Below, piece by piece: positions 9,638 to 20,088 of a stretch of 64,000 nt of DNA. The stretch's first letter is position 1, and each line of letters starts with the position of its first letter. The notes beneath the pieces are model-generated. The model was not told the DNA's origin and searched no databases. It saw only the letters and a list, made by a program, of their open reading frames with translations. Made by a program: the position numbers and the translations under genes. Source of the DNA: an uncultured Acidimicrobiales bacterium (GTDB lineage Bacteria; Actinomycetota; Acidimicrobiia; Acidimicrobiales; CATQHL01); NCBI GenBank assembly GCA_958295925.1, contig CATQHL010000001.1, positions 1,249,753-1,313,752 of the forward strand. Direction: 5' to 3'.

Positions 9638-11284
9638 CTAACCAGGAAATGGTGACAGCAGCGACACGTCGGTGAGGGTGCTCACCGTAAACGGCAGTAT
9701 GCCGAAGACCAGCGTTGCGAGCGAAGTGATGGTGAGCGCCGCCCGCAGGGAAAAGGGCAGAAGATTCAGAGGGGTGCGAACCATCGCGGGAATCGGCTGC
9801 GTGGAATCGGAAAGCGGCGCAGCGGCTGCAGGATCGGGGCTCGCACCCTCTTCCGACACCCCGACTGATGCAACTTCGGGGACGGCTTCGGCCGACGCAG
9901 CCCAGGGCTTCTCAAACCACATGCGGGCGGCGATCTTGCCGTAGTAGCCCACAGCGATCACAGCGTTAACAGCGGCGACGGCCGCAAGTACGTAACCCGA
10001 GGCGTTGTCGGCGGAAACAAGCGCCTTGAACACGACGAACTTTGCAAACCATCCGCCTGCCGGCGGTATGCCCGCCAGGGATGCCAGGAAGATCGTCATC
10101 ACCACGGCCATGGCCGGAAAGGTGCGAAACAGCCCGTTGTAAGAGGCGACATCGCCGGTGCGGGTTCGCCGCGCAACTGACATGATCACCGCAAAGGTGC
10201 CCAGGTTCATCGCTGCGTAGATCACCAGGTAGGTCAGCACCGCGGACGTGGCGTCGTCGGCAGCCAGGGTGCTGCTGCCGGCAATCGCAAGCGGCGCAAT
10301 CATGAATCCGGCCTGGGCGACGCCCGAATAGGCCATCAGGCGCACGATGTTCTTCTGCCGTAAGGCCATCAGGTTGCCGGCGGTCATCGACGCGGCGGCC
10401 AGGAACCACAGCAGCGGCCCGTAGACGTTGGAGCGCTCCCAGAATCCCACATAGACCAGGGCCATAAGCGCAACGAAGCCGGCGGTCTTGGACGCCACCG
10501 AAAGGAAGGCCGTGATAGGGGTGGGTGAGCCCTCGTAGACATCCGGCGCCCAGGTGTGGAAGGGAAACGCCGAGACCTTGAAGGCGAACCCCACAATCAC
10601 GAACACCACCCCCAAGATCACCACAGCGGACGACGCTGAACCGCTTGACAGGCCGGGGGAGGCGGAGATTTCCGAAAGGATCGTGCTGCCGGACACGCCG
10701 AAGAGCAGGGACATGCCGTAGAGCATGATCGCCGAGGCGAACACCCCCATCAGATAGTACTTCACCCCCGCCTCGTTGCTCCGGAGGTCGCGCTTGCGCC
10801 AGGTGGCCAGCAGGTAAGCCGGGATGGAGAGCAGTTCGAGGGCCACGAAGATGCTGATGAGGTCGCGGGCCGAGGACATCACAACCATGCCCAGAAGGGA
10901 GGAGAGCATCAGGCCGTAGTACTCGTTGCCCCAGTAGTCGCCCTCGGCCACGTAGTGGGTGGACATCAGGATCACCACATACCCGGCGGCCACGAACAGC
11001 CCCTTCAGCAACAGCGCAAAACCGTCCACCACGTAGGCCCCGCCGAAGAGCACCCGGGGCTCGCCCACCACCCCGGCGGCCAGCAGCGTGAAAATCGGCA
11101 CCAGCACACCCAGCATGCCCAGCCCGGCCAGTACGGGTGTTATGTTCCTGCCTCGCTCAGCCAGCAAGACATCAAGCGTTGTGAGCAGGGCTCCCACCCC
11201 CAGCAGGGTGAGTTCCGGCGCAAGGGCGTGCCAGTCGATGTGCGGCCGGATGAAGCCGACAACCCCCAGAACGTCAAGCGCCAT
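9638..11284 (-). CDS. nuoN: NADH-quinone oxidoreductase subunit N (operon 1)
   Basis: ELLSIPAY, EAGVKYY, FKVSAFPFHTWAPDVYEGSPTP; last gene of the operon. Confidence 0.93.
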   Translation of the reverse strand: MALDVLGVVGFIRPHIDWHALAPELTLLGVGALLTTLDVLLAERGRNITPVLAGLGMLGVLVPIFTLLAAGVVGEPRVLFGGAYVVDGFALLLKGLFVAAGYVVILMSTHYVAEGDYWGNEYYGLMLSSLLGMVVMSSARDLISIFVALELLSIPAYLLATWRKRDLRSNEAGVKYYLMGVFASAIMLYGMSLLFGVSGSTILSEISASPGLSSGSASSAVVILGVVFVIVGFAFKVSAFPFHTWAPDVYEGSPTPITAFLSVASKTAGFVALMALVYVGFWERSNVYGPLLWFLAAASMTAGNLMALRQKNIVRLMAYSGVAQAGFMIAPLAIAGSSTLAADDATSAVLTYLVIYAAMNLGTFAVIMSVARRTRTGDVASYNGLFRTFPAMAVVMTIFLASLAGIPPAGGWFAKFVVFKALVSADNASGYVLAAVAAVNAVIAVGYYGKIAARMWFEKPWAASAEAVPEVASVGVSEEGASPDPAAAAPLSDSTQPIPAMVRTPLNLLPFSLRAALTITSLATLVFGILPFTVSTLTDVSLLSPFPG

Positions 11285-11287
11285 CAG

Positions 11288-12931
11288 TCAGTTCCCCTGG
11301 GTTTGCTTGATTTCGGTGCGACGTTCGTCGAAGCACGTCCATCCGTCGTCGGAATCAAGGCAGTCCTGAGCAGAACCAGCAATCGAGGGCACCTCCAGCG
11401 ACTCCCGCACCGCCGGGTCGGTGGCCTCATGCAGCAGCCTGGGGTAGAACCCAAGCACGACGATCAGCACCAGCAGGGGCGCCCAGGAGATGTACTCGTG
11501 TCGCTTCACGTCCTTTATGTCAGGGGAGTTCGCGAACTCCTTGCGGGCCTTGCCGAAGGCCGTCTTCTGCAGCATCCAGAGCAGATAGCCGGCAGCCAGC
11601 ACCGTGCCGACGGCAGCTATCACCATGTAGGCGCGGAACACGCCCTGATGAAGGATGGCAGCCGGGCTGTAGGAGGCCAGGATGGCTGGGAACTCACCCC
11701 AGAACCCCGCCAGGCCGGGCAGGCCAAGTGAGGCCATGACGCAGAACCCAAGCATCCAGCCCATGCGCGGGGCCTGTTTCAACAGCCCGCCGAGGCGGGA
11801 CATCTCCAGGGTGTGGTAGCGCTCCTTCATCGAGCCGGCAAGGAAGAAGAGCATTCCGGTTATGAGTCCGTGGGCGACCATCCCGAAAACTGCGGCGTTG
11901 ACGCCAAAGGGGGTGAGGGTGGCGATGCCGAGCATCACAAACCCCATGTGCGCGACCGAGCTGAATGCGATCAGCCGCTTCATATCTCGCTGAGCCAGGC
12001 ACCCAAGGGCGCCGTAGATGATGCCTATCACGGCAAGAAGGCCGATCACCGGCGCCCAGGCGGCGGCCGCCTCAGGAAGCATCGGCACCGCCACGCGCAC
12101 GAAACCGTAGGTTCCCAGCTTCAGCAACACCGCCGCCAAAATCACTGAACCAACCGTCGGCGCCTCGGTGTGGGCGTCGGGCAGCCAGGTGTGGAACGGG
12201 AACATGGGCACCTTCACCCCGAAGCCCAGGAACATCCCGGCGAAAATCCAGACCTGGCTGGTGCGGGCGATTGCGGCGGTGGCGCCGCCGGAGAGTGCTC
12301 GCATGTCGAACGTCCGCACGGCGTCAAGCCCGGCGAGGGTGCCGTCGGCCAGGAAGAACATCGCAAGGAAGCTGATGAGCATCAAGGCCGAGCCGAAGAG
12401 GGTGTACAAGAAGAACTTGATGGAGGCGTAGCGTCGGTTCTCGCCGCCCCAGACACCGATCATGAAGTACATCGGCAGCAGGACAATCTCAAAGAAGACG
12501 AAGAACAAAATGAGGTCTTGCGCAACGAATGTGCCCACCATTCCCGTCTGAAGGATCAGCAGAAGCGTGAGGAACGACTTGGGGTTGCGCGGCTCGGGAA
12601 AGTGGTCGAAGGAGTAGACGATGCAGAGCGGCACCACCAGCAGCGTGAGCAATATCAGGGGCAGGGAGATGCCGTCTATCCCCATGATGTAGCGGCTGTT
12701 GATTGTCTCGATCCAAGGCTTGTCGACCACAAACTGCAGGTCGCCCGCTCGGGAGGTGTCGAACCAACTCAGAAGGAACACGCCAATCAGCGCCGCTAGC
12801 AGCGACGAACCCAAGGCGACGACCTTTAGCGACCACTCGTTGCGCTTGGGGATTGCCAGCAGCACGAGAGCGCCCAGCATCGGCACGAAGGTGACGAGCG
12901 TCAGCCCCCATCCGTTCAGAAAATCTTGCAT
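11288..12931 (-). CDS. nuoM: Subunit M (operon 1)
   Basis: GIDGIS, KVPMFPFHTWLPDAHTEAPT, LLKLGTYG. Confidence 0.95.
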   Translation of the reverse strand: MQDFLNGWGLTLVTFVPMLGALVLLAIPKRNEWSLKVVALGSSLLAALIGVFLLSWFDTSRAGDLQFVVDKPWIETINSRYIMGIDGISLPLILLTLLVVPLCIVYSFDHFPEPRNPKSFLTLLLILQTGMVGTFVAQDLILFFVFFEIVLLPMYFMIGVWGGENRRYASIKFFLYTLFGSALMLISFLAMFFLADGTLAGLDAVRTFDMRALSGGATAAIARTSQVWIFAGMFLGFGVKVPMFPFHTWLPDAHTEAPTVGSVILAAVLLKLGTYGFVRVAVPMLPEAAAAWAPVIGLLAVIGIIYGALGCLAQRDMKRLIAFSSVAHMGFVMLGIATLTPFGVNAAVFGMVAHGLITGMLFFLAGSMKERYHTLEMSRLGGLLKQAPRMGWMLGFCVMASLGLPGLAGFWGEFPAILASYSPAAILHQGVFRAYMVIAAVGTVLAAGYLLWMLQKTAFGKARKEFANSPDIKDVKRHEYISWAPLLVLIVVLGFYPRLLHEATDPAVRESLEVPSIAGSAQDCLDSDDGWTCFDERRTEIKQTQGN

Positions 12932-12941
12932 CAACAGCCTC

Positions 12942-15104
12942 CTATAAGACCAGGATGAGCACCACGGCGATCAGTGCCGCCACCACGAACATGACTCCTG
13001 CGTACTGCTGCACCTTGCCGGTCTGCATCCGGCGGATCTCCTCGCCGGCGCCGTGCGAAGCCCTCCCCGTGGCGTTCACAACGCCGTCTACGACTTTCTG
13101 ATCAATCTTGTCGTAGAGAACGTGACCTGCGGACACCGCCTTGCGGCCGGCCTGGTTGACCACTTCGTCGATGCCGCGCTGGTTCAGCCAGTAGGCGCCC
13201 CTTGCCACCGGGCCGGCGGTGCCCTTGGCCAGGATGTCGGTGTAGAGATGGTCGAGGTAGTACTTGCGGGCGAGCAGCCTGTGGCCAAGACGGGCGATGC
13301 GGAAACGGCTGGTGAGGCCGTTGGGCAACTCTGTGGCCGAACCCCCCAGGGCCCGAACCTTCACGAAGTAGTAGTAGTACGCGGCCCCCAGCCCGAACAG
13401 CACCACGAGGGTGGAGAAGGCCGCCAGGGTCCAGCTGGGCGTGGCGTGGGCTATGTGGGGGAAGTAGAAACCCTCCGCGGCGCGAGGCTCAACGTAGTGG
13501 CCGAACTGCTCCCGCCATCCTTTGGGGACGATCTGGAATCCCTTGGGAAGGTTCGTCCACCCTGCGCCAACCGCGAACACGGCCAGTATCCAGAGCGGGA
13601 CGGTGATCCGGCGCCCGGACTCGTGAGGGTGACCGTGCCCACGGTATGTCCCGAAAAAGGTGAGGTAGACGCAGCGGGTCATGTAGGCGGCGGTGAGGGC
13701 GGCGGTGAGCATCGCCATGAACAAGACGAAGGTGTATGCGCCGTTGCCGCCTGTGCCGCCAAAAGCCCCCCAGCCACCCGTGCCCGCCAAGATCTCATCC
13801 TTCGACCAGAATCCTGCCAAAGGCGCAAGCCCGGCCAGCGCCAGGGAGGCGATGACGAACGTCCGGAAGGTGTGCGGCATGTGCTTTCTCAAGCCGCCCA
13901 TGTCCTTTTTCATGTCGAAGCTGTGCACGGCGTGTGAGACCGAGCCCGAACCCAGGAACAGGCAGGCCTTGAAGAAGGCGTGCGTGAAAAGGTGAAAGAC
14001 CGCCGCCGTCCAGGCTCCCACCCCCAGCGCCAGCACCATGTAGCCCAACTGGCTGATGGTGCTGTACGCCAGCACGCGCTTTATGTCGGTCTGGACGAAC
14101 GCCAGTGAAGCCCCCACCAGCGTGGTAATGCCGCCCATAATCGCCAAGGCGTTCACAGAGGAACCCGCTATGGCCAATCCCTCGAAGAACACGGCGAACA
14201 GGCGGGCGACCATGTAGACCCCGGCCACCACCATCGTGGCGGCGTGGATGAGCGCGGAGACAGGGGTGGGGCCGGCCATGGCGTCGGGCAGCCAGGTATG
14301 CAGAAAGAACTGCCCCGACTTCGACATCACCGCAGCCATCAGGCACAGCGACGCGGCAAGCAGCAATCCGTGGGCGATGGAACCCTCTGCAGCCAGCGAG
14401 TTGATCTTCACCACCGAGAAGGAATCGGCCGCAAAGAACAATATGGCCATCCCTATGAGCAGGCCGATGTCGCCCACACGGTTGGTGAGGAAAGCCTTGA
14501 GCGCGGCGTTGGAGTTGGCCTTCTCCTCCCACCAGTGGCCAATGAGAACGAAGGAGCACACACCCACCATCTCCCAGCCCAGGATCATCTGAATCGTGTT
14601 CTCCGACAGCACGAAGAAGAGCATCGAAGCCGTGAACAGGGAAAGGAACGCAAAGAAGTGCGTGTAGCGAACGTCGCCTGCCACGTAATCGGTGGAGTAG
14701 ATGTGCACCAGCAGCGAAACGAGCGTCACCACAAAGATGAGCGCGACGGCAAGGCCGTCCACGAGCGTCCCGATTGTGAATGAGGTCCCGCCTGAGATCC
14801 ACCAGGTCCACTTGCTGATTGCCGGGGAGACGGCGGCGTCGCCAGCGGCGTTGACCGCGCCTATCCACTGCACGAGAGTCAACAGTCCCAGCACGAACGA
14901 AGCCGCCACGGCGGTGATGCCCACCTCCGAGCCGCCCCGCGGCATGCGTTTCCCGAAGAGCAGGATGATCAGGAAGGAAGCCGCCGGAATCAACGGGATG
15001 AGCCAGGCGTTGGCGAGGAACCAGCCGCCCGCCTTGACGACCTCTGCGCCCGCCTCGGCCGCAAAAACCGCAGGGGTGGTTGCGAAAGCGCCTAAGAGTC
15101 CCAC
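12942..15104 (-). CDS. nuoL: Subunit L (operon 1)
   Basis: KAFLTNRVGD, WLPDAMAGPTPVSALIHAATMV, AYSTISQLGYM, HAFFKA. Confidence 0.95.
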   Translation of the reverse strand: MGLLGAFATTPAVFAAEAGAEVVKAGGWFLANAWLIPLIPAASFLIILLFGKRMPRGGSEVGITAVAASFVLGLLTLVQWIGAVNAAGDAAVSPAISKWTWWISGGTSFTIGTLVDGLAVALIFVVTLVSLLVHIYSTDYVAGDVRYTHFFAFLSLFTASMLFFVLSENTIQMILGWEMVGVCSFVLIGHWWEEKANSNAALKAFLTNRVGDIGLLIGMAILFFAADSFSVVKINSLAAEGSIAHGLLLAASLCLMAAVMSKSGQFFLHTWLPDAMAGPTPVSALIHAATMVVAGVYMVARLFAVFFEGLAIAGSSVNALAIMGGITTLVGASLAFVQTDIKRVLAYSTISQLGYMVLALGVGAWTAAVFHLFTHAFFKACLFLGSGSVSHAVHSFDMKKDMGGLRKHMPHTFRTFVIASLALAGLAPLAGFWSKDEILAGTGGWGAFGGTGGNGAYTFVLFMAMLTAALTAAYMTRCVYLTFFGTYRGHGHPHESGRRITVPLWILAVFAVGAGWTNLPKGFQIVPKGWREQFGHYVEPRAAEGFYFPHIAHATPSWTLAAFSTLVVLFGLGAAYYYYFVKVRALGGSATELPNGLTSRFRIARLGHRLLARKYYLDHLYTDILAKGTAGPVARGAYWLNQRGIDEVVNQAGRKAVSAGHVLYDKIDQKVVDGVVNATGRASHGAGEEIRRMQTGKVQQYAGVMFVVAALIAVVLILVL

Positions 15105-15113
15105 GCCAGTCCT

Positions 15114-15413
15114 TCAGCCTTTCATCATGTCGACGTCGTGGATGTCCACGCTGCGTCGGTTCCGGTACAGCAGCAGCAGGATGGCAAGGCCAACCCCCAC
15201 CTCGGCTGCGGCCACAGTGATCACGAACAGGGCGAAGACCTCCCCCACCACGGTCTGGACGTAGCTCCCGAACGCCACCAGGTTGATGTTCACGGCGTTG
15301 AGGATGAGCTCAATCGACATCAGCACCAGCACGCCGTTGCGTCGCGCCAGCACGCCGTAGACGCCGATGGAGAAAAGCACCGCTGAGAGCACCAGGAACT
15401 GGTTCAACCACAT
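15114..15413 (-). CDS. nuoK: Subunit K (operon 1)
   Basis: RRN...[13 protein letters not shown]...[11 protein letters not shown]. Confidence 0.95.
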   Translation of the reverse strand: MWLNQFLVLSAVLFSIGVYGVLARRNGVLVLMSIELILNAVNINLVAFGSYVQTVVGEVFALFVITVAAAEVGVGLAILLLLYRNRRSVDIHDVDMMKG

Positions 15414-15419
15414 TGTCGG

Positions 15420-15929
15420 CTACTCCCTGCGCGCCACGACGATGGCACCAATCAGAGCAGCCAACAGCAGCACCGAGACGGCCTCGAACGGGATGATGTA
15501 TTGGGAGAAGATGGAATCCGACACCTCAGCGGTGGTGGTGCGGGTGTCCGCCCCCAGTTCCGCGTCGCCGAAGCCTGCGATGACGGTGTAGATGGTCACG
15601 CCAGCCACAGCCAAGCCGGCCAGGATTGCCCCGAGTCGGTTGCGATGGTCTGTCTTCTCCTCGTCGCCGATGCGGGTTCGGGTAAGCATTATTCCGAAGA
15701 GGAAGAGAATGATCACCGCCCCGATGTAGATGAGAATCTGGGTGATGCCCACAAACTCCGCGCCCATCAGCAGGAACAGCGCAGCCACCCCACCCAGCAC
15801 CCCTACCAGGTACAGGGCGGCGTGAACCACGTTGCGGGTGGTCACCAGCCGCAACGCTGCGAAGACCATCAGAGCGGCGATCACCCAAAAGACGACGTTC
15901 TGCGCAACCAGCAGGGAAAATACGCTCAC
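15420..15929 (-). CDS. nuoJ: Subunit J (operon 1); start adjusted to GTG 15929
   Basis: NVVHAALYL, QILIYIGAVIILFLFGIML, PFEAVSVLLL. Confidence 0.9.
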   Translation of the reverse strand: MSVFSLLVAQNVVFWVIAALMVFAALRLVTTRNVVHAALYLVGVLGGVAALFLLMGAEFVGITQILIYIGAVIILFLFGIMLTRTRIGDEEKTDHRNRLGAILAGLAVAGVTIYTVIAGFGDAELGADTRTTTAEVSDSIFSQYIIPFEAVSVLLLAALIGAIVVARRE

Positions 15930-15942
15930 CCGCCAAGACCTC

Positions 15943-16473
15943 TCACTGCGGCACGGCCCGCTTTTTCTGGGTGGAGCCCGCTTCGTAGCCCTCAAACTCC
16001 GGAACCGTGTCCATCCAGTCGGCCAGGCGGTCGGCGTCGTGCAGCAAATCGGCAATGCGGGGTTCGGAGTACTCGAACTCCGGGCTCCAGAAGAGGGCGT
16101 CGAAGGGGCAGACCTCCACGCAGATTCCGCAGTACATGCACAGCGCGTAGTCAATGTCGAAGCGGTCGATCTTGTTGCGCTGGCGAGGCTTGCCGCCAGG
16201 GCGACGCGGGGGGGCGAGTTCCTTGTGCCCCTCTATGTAGATGCACCAGTCGGGGCACTCCCTTGCACAGAGCATGCACACTGTGCAGTTGTCGTGATGC
16301 AGGCCGATCACGCCCCTGGCCCTGGTAACCGGCTCCTCCTTGACATGCGGATACTGAACGGTGTGCGCCCCGCGGGTGGGCGATGGCGGCTTTGTGAGCC
16401 CATCGGGAAACAGGGTGCGGAGCATCGTGCGCGCCGTCACGCCCATTCCTGTCAAGAGTCCTTTTCCTTTCAT
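15943..16473 (-). CDS. nuoI: Subunit I (operon 1)
   Basis: [12 protein letters not shown] and [12 protein letters not shown] [4Fe-4S] motifs. Confidence 0.93.
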   Translation of the reverse strand: MKGKGLLTGMGVTARTMLRTLFPDGLTKPPSPTRGAHTVQYPHVKEEPVTRARGVIGLHHDNCTVCMLCARECPDWCIYIEGHKELAPPRRPGGKPRQRNKIDRFDIDYALCMYCGICVEVCPFDALFWSPEFEYSEPRIADLLHDADRLADWMDTVPEFEGYEAGSTQKKRAVPQ

Positions 16474-16514
16474 GCTTTCACCCTTCCTGGCTGTTGACCG
16501 ACAGCTTTCCGGTG

Positions 16515-16596
16515 TTTGAACGACCAGACAGGTCGCAGGCCATCGATGCCTGACGACAGCGGGAGTTCAAAAAGACGAAGCCCGTCCTGCGCTTCG
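16515..16596. other. Multi-hairpin element in the nuoH-nuoI spacer
   Basis: tttgaac...gttcaaa encloses cgacc/ggtcg and caggc/gcctg; a cgaagc/gcttcg hairpin follows. Confidence 0.35.
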
Positions 16597-16614
16597 CCCG
16601 CGCACCAGCGCACA

Positions 16615-17664
16615 TCACACAAACACCTTGAATATGCCTGTCATGACGATGTTCAACAACGAGAGCGGGATGAGGACCTTCCAGGCGAACTTCTGAAGCT
16701 GGTCTTCCCGCAGGCGAGGGAAGGTGAAGCGAAACCAGAAGATCAACGCCGAGACGGCCATGATCTTCACGAACATAACGATGGGGCCAACCAGGTTCAG
16801 CCAGTTGGAGTCCACGTCGAAGCCCGGCACGTACCAGCCACCAAGGAAGAGGACTGAGGCGATTCCTGCGAAGGCGAAGGCCGTGCCGAACTCCGCCATG
16901 AAGAAAAAGAGAAAACGGAAGCCGGTGTACTCCACCTGGTAGCCCCCCACCAGTTCCGACTCGGCGACCGGCATGTCAAACGGGGGCTGGGTGAGCTCGG
17001 CCTGGACCGCCACGAGGAAGATGGCGAAGCCCACGAACTGCGTGAGGATGAAGGGAAAGCCGATCCCGCCCCAGCCGAACAGTTCGCCGGTGGCCTGCGC
17101 CACGACGATCTTGTTGAGATCCAGCGTGCCCGCCTGGATCACAACCCCCATCACCGCCAGAACCAGCGGCAGTTCATAGGCGATGAGCTGGCCTGCGGCA
17201 CGCATCCCGCCCATCAGCGCGTACTTGTTGGCGGAGCCCCAGCCCGCCATCAGCACCCCTATCACCGAGAGCGAAGCAACCGCCAGGGCGAAGAACAGGC
17301 CGGCGTCAAGCCCCGAGACAACGGCGTCAGGCCCCATCGGCAGAACCACGTACAGCAGGAAAGTGGAGATCAGCACCACGGCGGGCGCAAGGGCGAAGAC
17401 GGCGCGGTCGGCCCGACGGGGGAACACGTCCTCTTTCTGCAGGAACTTGAGGCCGTCGGCCAGGAGCTGCAGCGAGCCGTGCGGTCCGGCTTCCATCGGC
17501 CCGAGGCGGCTCTGCATGAAGCTCATCATCTTCAGCAGGAACACGTACCCCAATATGAGGGCCGCGGTGGGGATCACGATGGCCACAACCACCAGCTTGA
17601 TGGCGGTCTGCTGCCAGTAGGCCAGCTCGACGGCGAAGACGCTCAGGGACGCGGCGGCGCTCAT
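16615..17664 (-). CDS. nuoH: Subunit H (operon 1)
   Basis: MQSRLGP, LADGLKFLQKED, PFDMPVAESELVGGYQVEYTG. Confidence 0.95.
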   Translation of the reverse strand: MSAAASLSVFAVELAYWQQTAIKLVVVAIVIPTAALILGYVFLLKMMSFMQSRLGPMEAGPHGSLQLLADGLKFLQKEDVFPRRADRAVFALAPAVVLISTFLLYVVLPMGPDAVVSGLDAGLFFALAVASLSVIGVLMAGWGSANKYALMGGMRAAGQLIAYELPLVLAVMGVVIQAGTLDLNKIVVAQATGELFGWGGIGFPFILTQFVGFAIFLVAVQAELTQPPFDMPVAESELVGGYQVEYTGFRFLFFFMAEFGTAFAFAGIASVLFLGGWYVPGFDVDSNWLNLVGPIVMFVKIMAVSALIFWFRFTFPRLREDQLQKFAWKVLIPLSLLNIVMTGIFKVFV

Positions 17665-18830
17665 CGGTCGATGTCACCCAGGATGAAGTAGAGGCTGGCC
17701 AGGATGGTGATCACGTCGGGCACGTACACGCCTCGGAGCACCCACGGCACAACAGAGATGTTGCTGAATGAGGCGGAGCGGATCTTCACCCTGAAAGGCG
17801 CCAACTCGCCCTTGCTCACCACGTAGTAGCCCATCACTCCAAGGGGGTTCTCAGTGGCCACGTATGCCTCGCCCGCGGGCACCTTGATGATGCGCGGCAC
17901 CTTGGCCATGATCGGCCCCGAAGGCAGCCCGTCGAGGAGCTGCTCGACCATGTAGGTGGCTTCCCGGGTTTCCTGCAGCCGTACCCAGTAACGGGCGAAG
18001 GAGTCGCCGTCGGGGTGCGTCCAGACCTTCCAGTCCAACGACTCGTAAGCCAGGCCGCAGGGGTTGTCGCGGCGCATGTCCCAGTCAACCCCGGCGGCGC
18101 GGAGGTTTGCGCCGGAAAGCCCGAAGGACGCCGCCACATGGTCGGGAATGACCCCCACGCCCCGTGTGCGGGCTTCAAAGATCTCGTTGCCCATCAGCAG
18201 GTCTTCAAGCTCATCGCAGAAACCGCGCATCTTTGCCATCACGCTCTTGGTCTCGGCGATCCAGCCCGCCGGCAGGTCGTCTTTAAGCCCGCCGATTCGG
18301 TCGAAGTTGGGGTGAAAGCGCCCGCCCGTGACCGCCTCTATCTGGTTGAGCACGAACTCCCTGTCTCTGAAGGCGAAGAAGACGGGGGTGAGGGCGCCCA
18401 GCTGCACGCCCATGTCGCCTAGGAACAGGGAGATGTTGGCGATTCTGGAGAGCTCGAACAGGGCGGTGCGAATCCACTGTGCGCGGGGCGGGGCCTCTAT
18501 ATCCATCAGTCGCTCGGCGGCGAGGATGAACGGCACCTCGTTGGCGAAGCTCCCCAGCCAGTCGATGCGGTTGATGAGGGTGGTGACCTGCGGATACGTG
18601 CGCACCTCCGCCAGCTTTTCGTAGCCCCGATGCATGTAGCCCATCACTGGCTCGGCGGCCACTACCTGCTCGCCGTCCAGGCGGGCCACGATGCGCAGGG
18701 TGCCGTGGGTGGCGGGGTGCTGCGGGCCGATGTTGAGGGTCATCCCCTCCGTCTCCAGCTCGACGTTGACCCTGGCGTCGGCCGACGCTGCGTCTACGTA
18801 CGCCTGCTGCTCCCTTTCGGTGAACGTCAC
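17661..18830 (-). CDS. nuoD: Subunit D (operon 1); start adjusted to GTG 18830 overlapping the nuoC stop
   Basis: NIGPQHPATHGTLR, GYMHRGYEK, C-terminal GDIDR; no NiFe CxxC motifs. Confidence 0.93.
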   Translation of the reverse strand: MTFTEREQQAYVDAASADARVNVELETEGMTLNIGPQHPATHGTLRIVARLDGEQVVAAEPVMGYMHRGYEKLAEVRTYPQVTTLINRIDWLGSFANEVPFILAAERLMDIEAPPRAQWIRTALFELSRIANISLFLGDMGVQLGALTPVFFAFRDREFVLNQIEAVTGGRFHPNFDRIGGLKDDLPAGWIAETKSVMAKMRGFCDELEDLLMGNEIFEARTRGVGVIPDHVAASFGLSGANLRAAGVDWDMRRDNPCGLAYESLDWKVWTHPDGDSFARYWVRLQETREATYMVEQLLDGLPSGPIMAKVPRIIKVPAGEAYVATENPLGVMGYYVVSKGELAPFRVKIRSASFSNISVVPWVLRGVYVPDVITILASLYFILGDIDR

Positions 18831-19516
18831 TGCCCGGCTCCTGCAGGCGGCTCTTCGCCCTCGGCGGGCATACCCTCCACGTCCACGATGCCCGGCCAGG
18901 GCTTTACCCGGCGGGCCAGCAGCGGGAAGTCCTTGCGCAGGGGATGGCCCTCGAACTCGCCGGGCAGGTAGATGTGGCGCAGGTCGGGGTGGCCGACGAA
19001 GGCGATGCCAAACATCTCCCACGCCTCCCGCTCGTGCCAGTTGGCGCCGGAATAGACAGGTATCCAGGTGGGCACCGCTGGATTCTCGTTTGGGAGGTCG
19101 GCCTTGGCGATTACCCCCAGGCCGGTTTGCGTATTCATCACCCTGGCGAAGACCTGCAAGCGGGTCTCGCCGCCAGTTACGCCGCTCTCTATGGAGAGAT
19201 CGCGGGGATCAGGGCCGCCCGTCGGCCAGTCCTGTTCTGCGTCCATGTCCCGGCCGAAGGGGGAGGGCATCCAGTCGATGGCCGAAAGGAAGTCGAACCA
19301 GAGGCAGCCAAGACGGTCGCGCAGCACGTAGCCAACCTGCTGCCAGGCCTGATGTTCGACACGCACCCAGAGGTCGCCTTCGGCGTGAGTGGCCAGCAGC
19401 GCGTCGCCAAGAGCCTCGCCCAGGGTCTCTACGGCCTCGGCGCGCAGCGCTTCAAGAGGCGTGGGCGACGGCGCCCCGCCGTCTGTCTCGGCTATCGCAG
19501 AGGTCGGCTCGGCCAT
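18827..19516 (-). CDS. nuoC: Subunit C (operon 1); start adjusted to ATG 19516
   Basis: ANWHEREAWEMFGIAFVGHPDLRHIYLP...GHPLRKDFPL. Confidence 0.92.
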   Translation of the reverse strand: MAEPTSAIAETDGGAPSPTPLEALRAEAVETLGEALGDALLATHAEGDLWVRVEHQAWQQVGYVLRDRLGCLWFDFLSAIDWMPSPFGRDMDAEQDWPTGGPDPRDLSIESGVTGGETRLQVFARVMNTQTGLGVIAKADLPNENPAVPTWIPVYSGANWHEREAWEMFGIAFVGHPDLRHIYLPGEFEGHPLRKDFPLLARRVKPWPGIVDVEGMPAEGEEPPAGAGQ

Positions 19517-19530
19517 TCCTGCCAGTTCGG

Positions 19531-20031
19531 TTATTCCACCACTATCGGGTCGCCACGCCAGCGGGCGGCGATGTCCTCGTTTGCGATGCGCTCCTGGAGC
19601 AGCACTATCCCCTCCAGCAGCGCCTCCGGTCGAGGCGGGCAACCCGGCACGTAGACGTCCACCGGGATGATCTGGTCGACGCCCTTGGTTACTGAGTAGG
19701 AGTCCCAGTAGGGCCCCCCGCAGTTGGCGCAGGAACCCATCGAGATCACGTATTTCGGATCGGGCATCTGTTCGTAGAGGCGGAGCAGCGACGGCACCAT
19801 CTTGTCGGTGACCGTGCCGGAGACAACCACGAGGTCGGCCTGTCGCGGGCTGGCGGGGAAGGGAATTACCCCAAGGCGCATCACGTCGTAGCGGGGGGAG
19901 CCGAAAGCGGCGCCCATCTCGATGGCACAACAGGCGAGGCCCCACTGGTAGACCCAGAGGGAGTACTTCCGTGAGAGGTTGAGCAGTTTCGTGAGCGGGG
20001 CGGGCATCTTTCCGCTCTCGATGAGTCCCAT
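19531..20031 (-). CDS. nuoB: Subunit B (operon 1)
   Basis: [28 protein letters not shown]. Confidence 0.96.
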   Translation of the reverse strand: MGLIESGKMPAPLTKLLNLSRKYSLWVYQWGLACCAIEMGAAFGSPRYDVMRLGVIPFPASPRQADLVVVSGTVTDKMVPSLLRLYEQMPDPKYVISMGSCANCGGPYWDSYSVTKGVDQIIPVDVYVPGCPPRPEALLEGIVLLQERIANEDIAARWRGDPIVVE

Positions 20032-20088
20032 CAGCCGCTTCCCTCCTTTAGCTTCGCCATTGGCCTTGCCGAGCGGGACACGCCTGCC

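Noticed and set aside
17661..20031. Group 4 [NiFe] hydrogenase interpretation of operon 1
   Set aside because: NuoD lacks the Ni-binding CxxC pairs and NuoB has the complex I tandem CC motif
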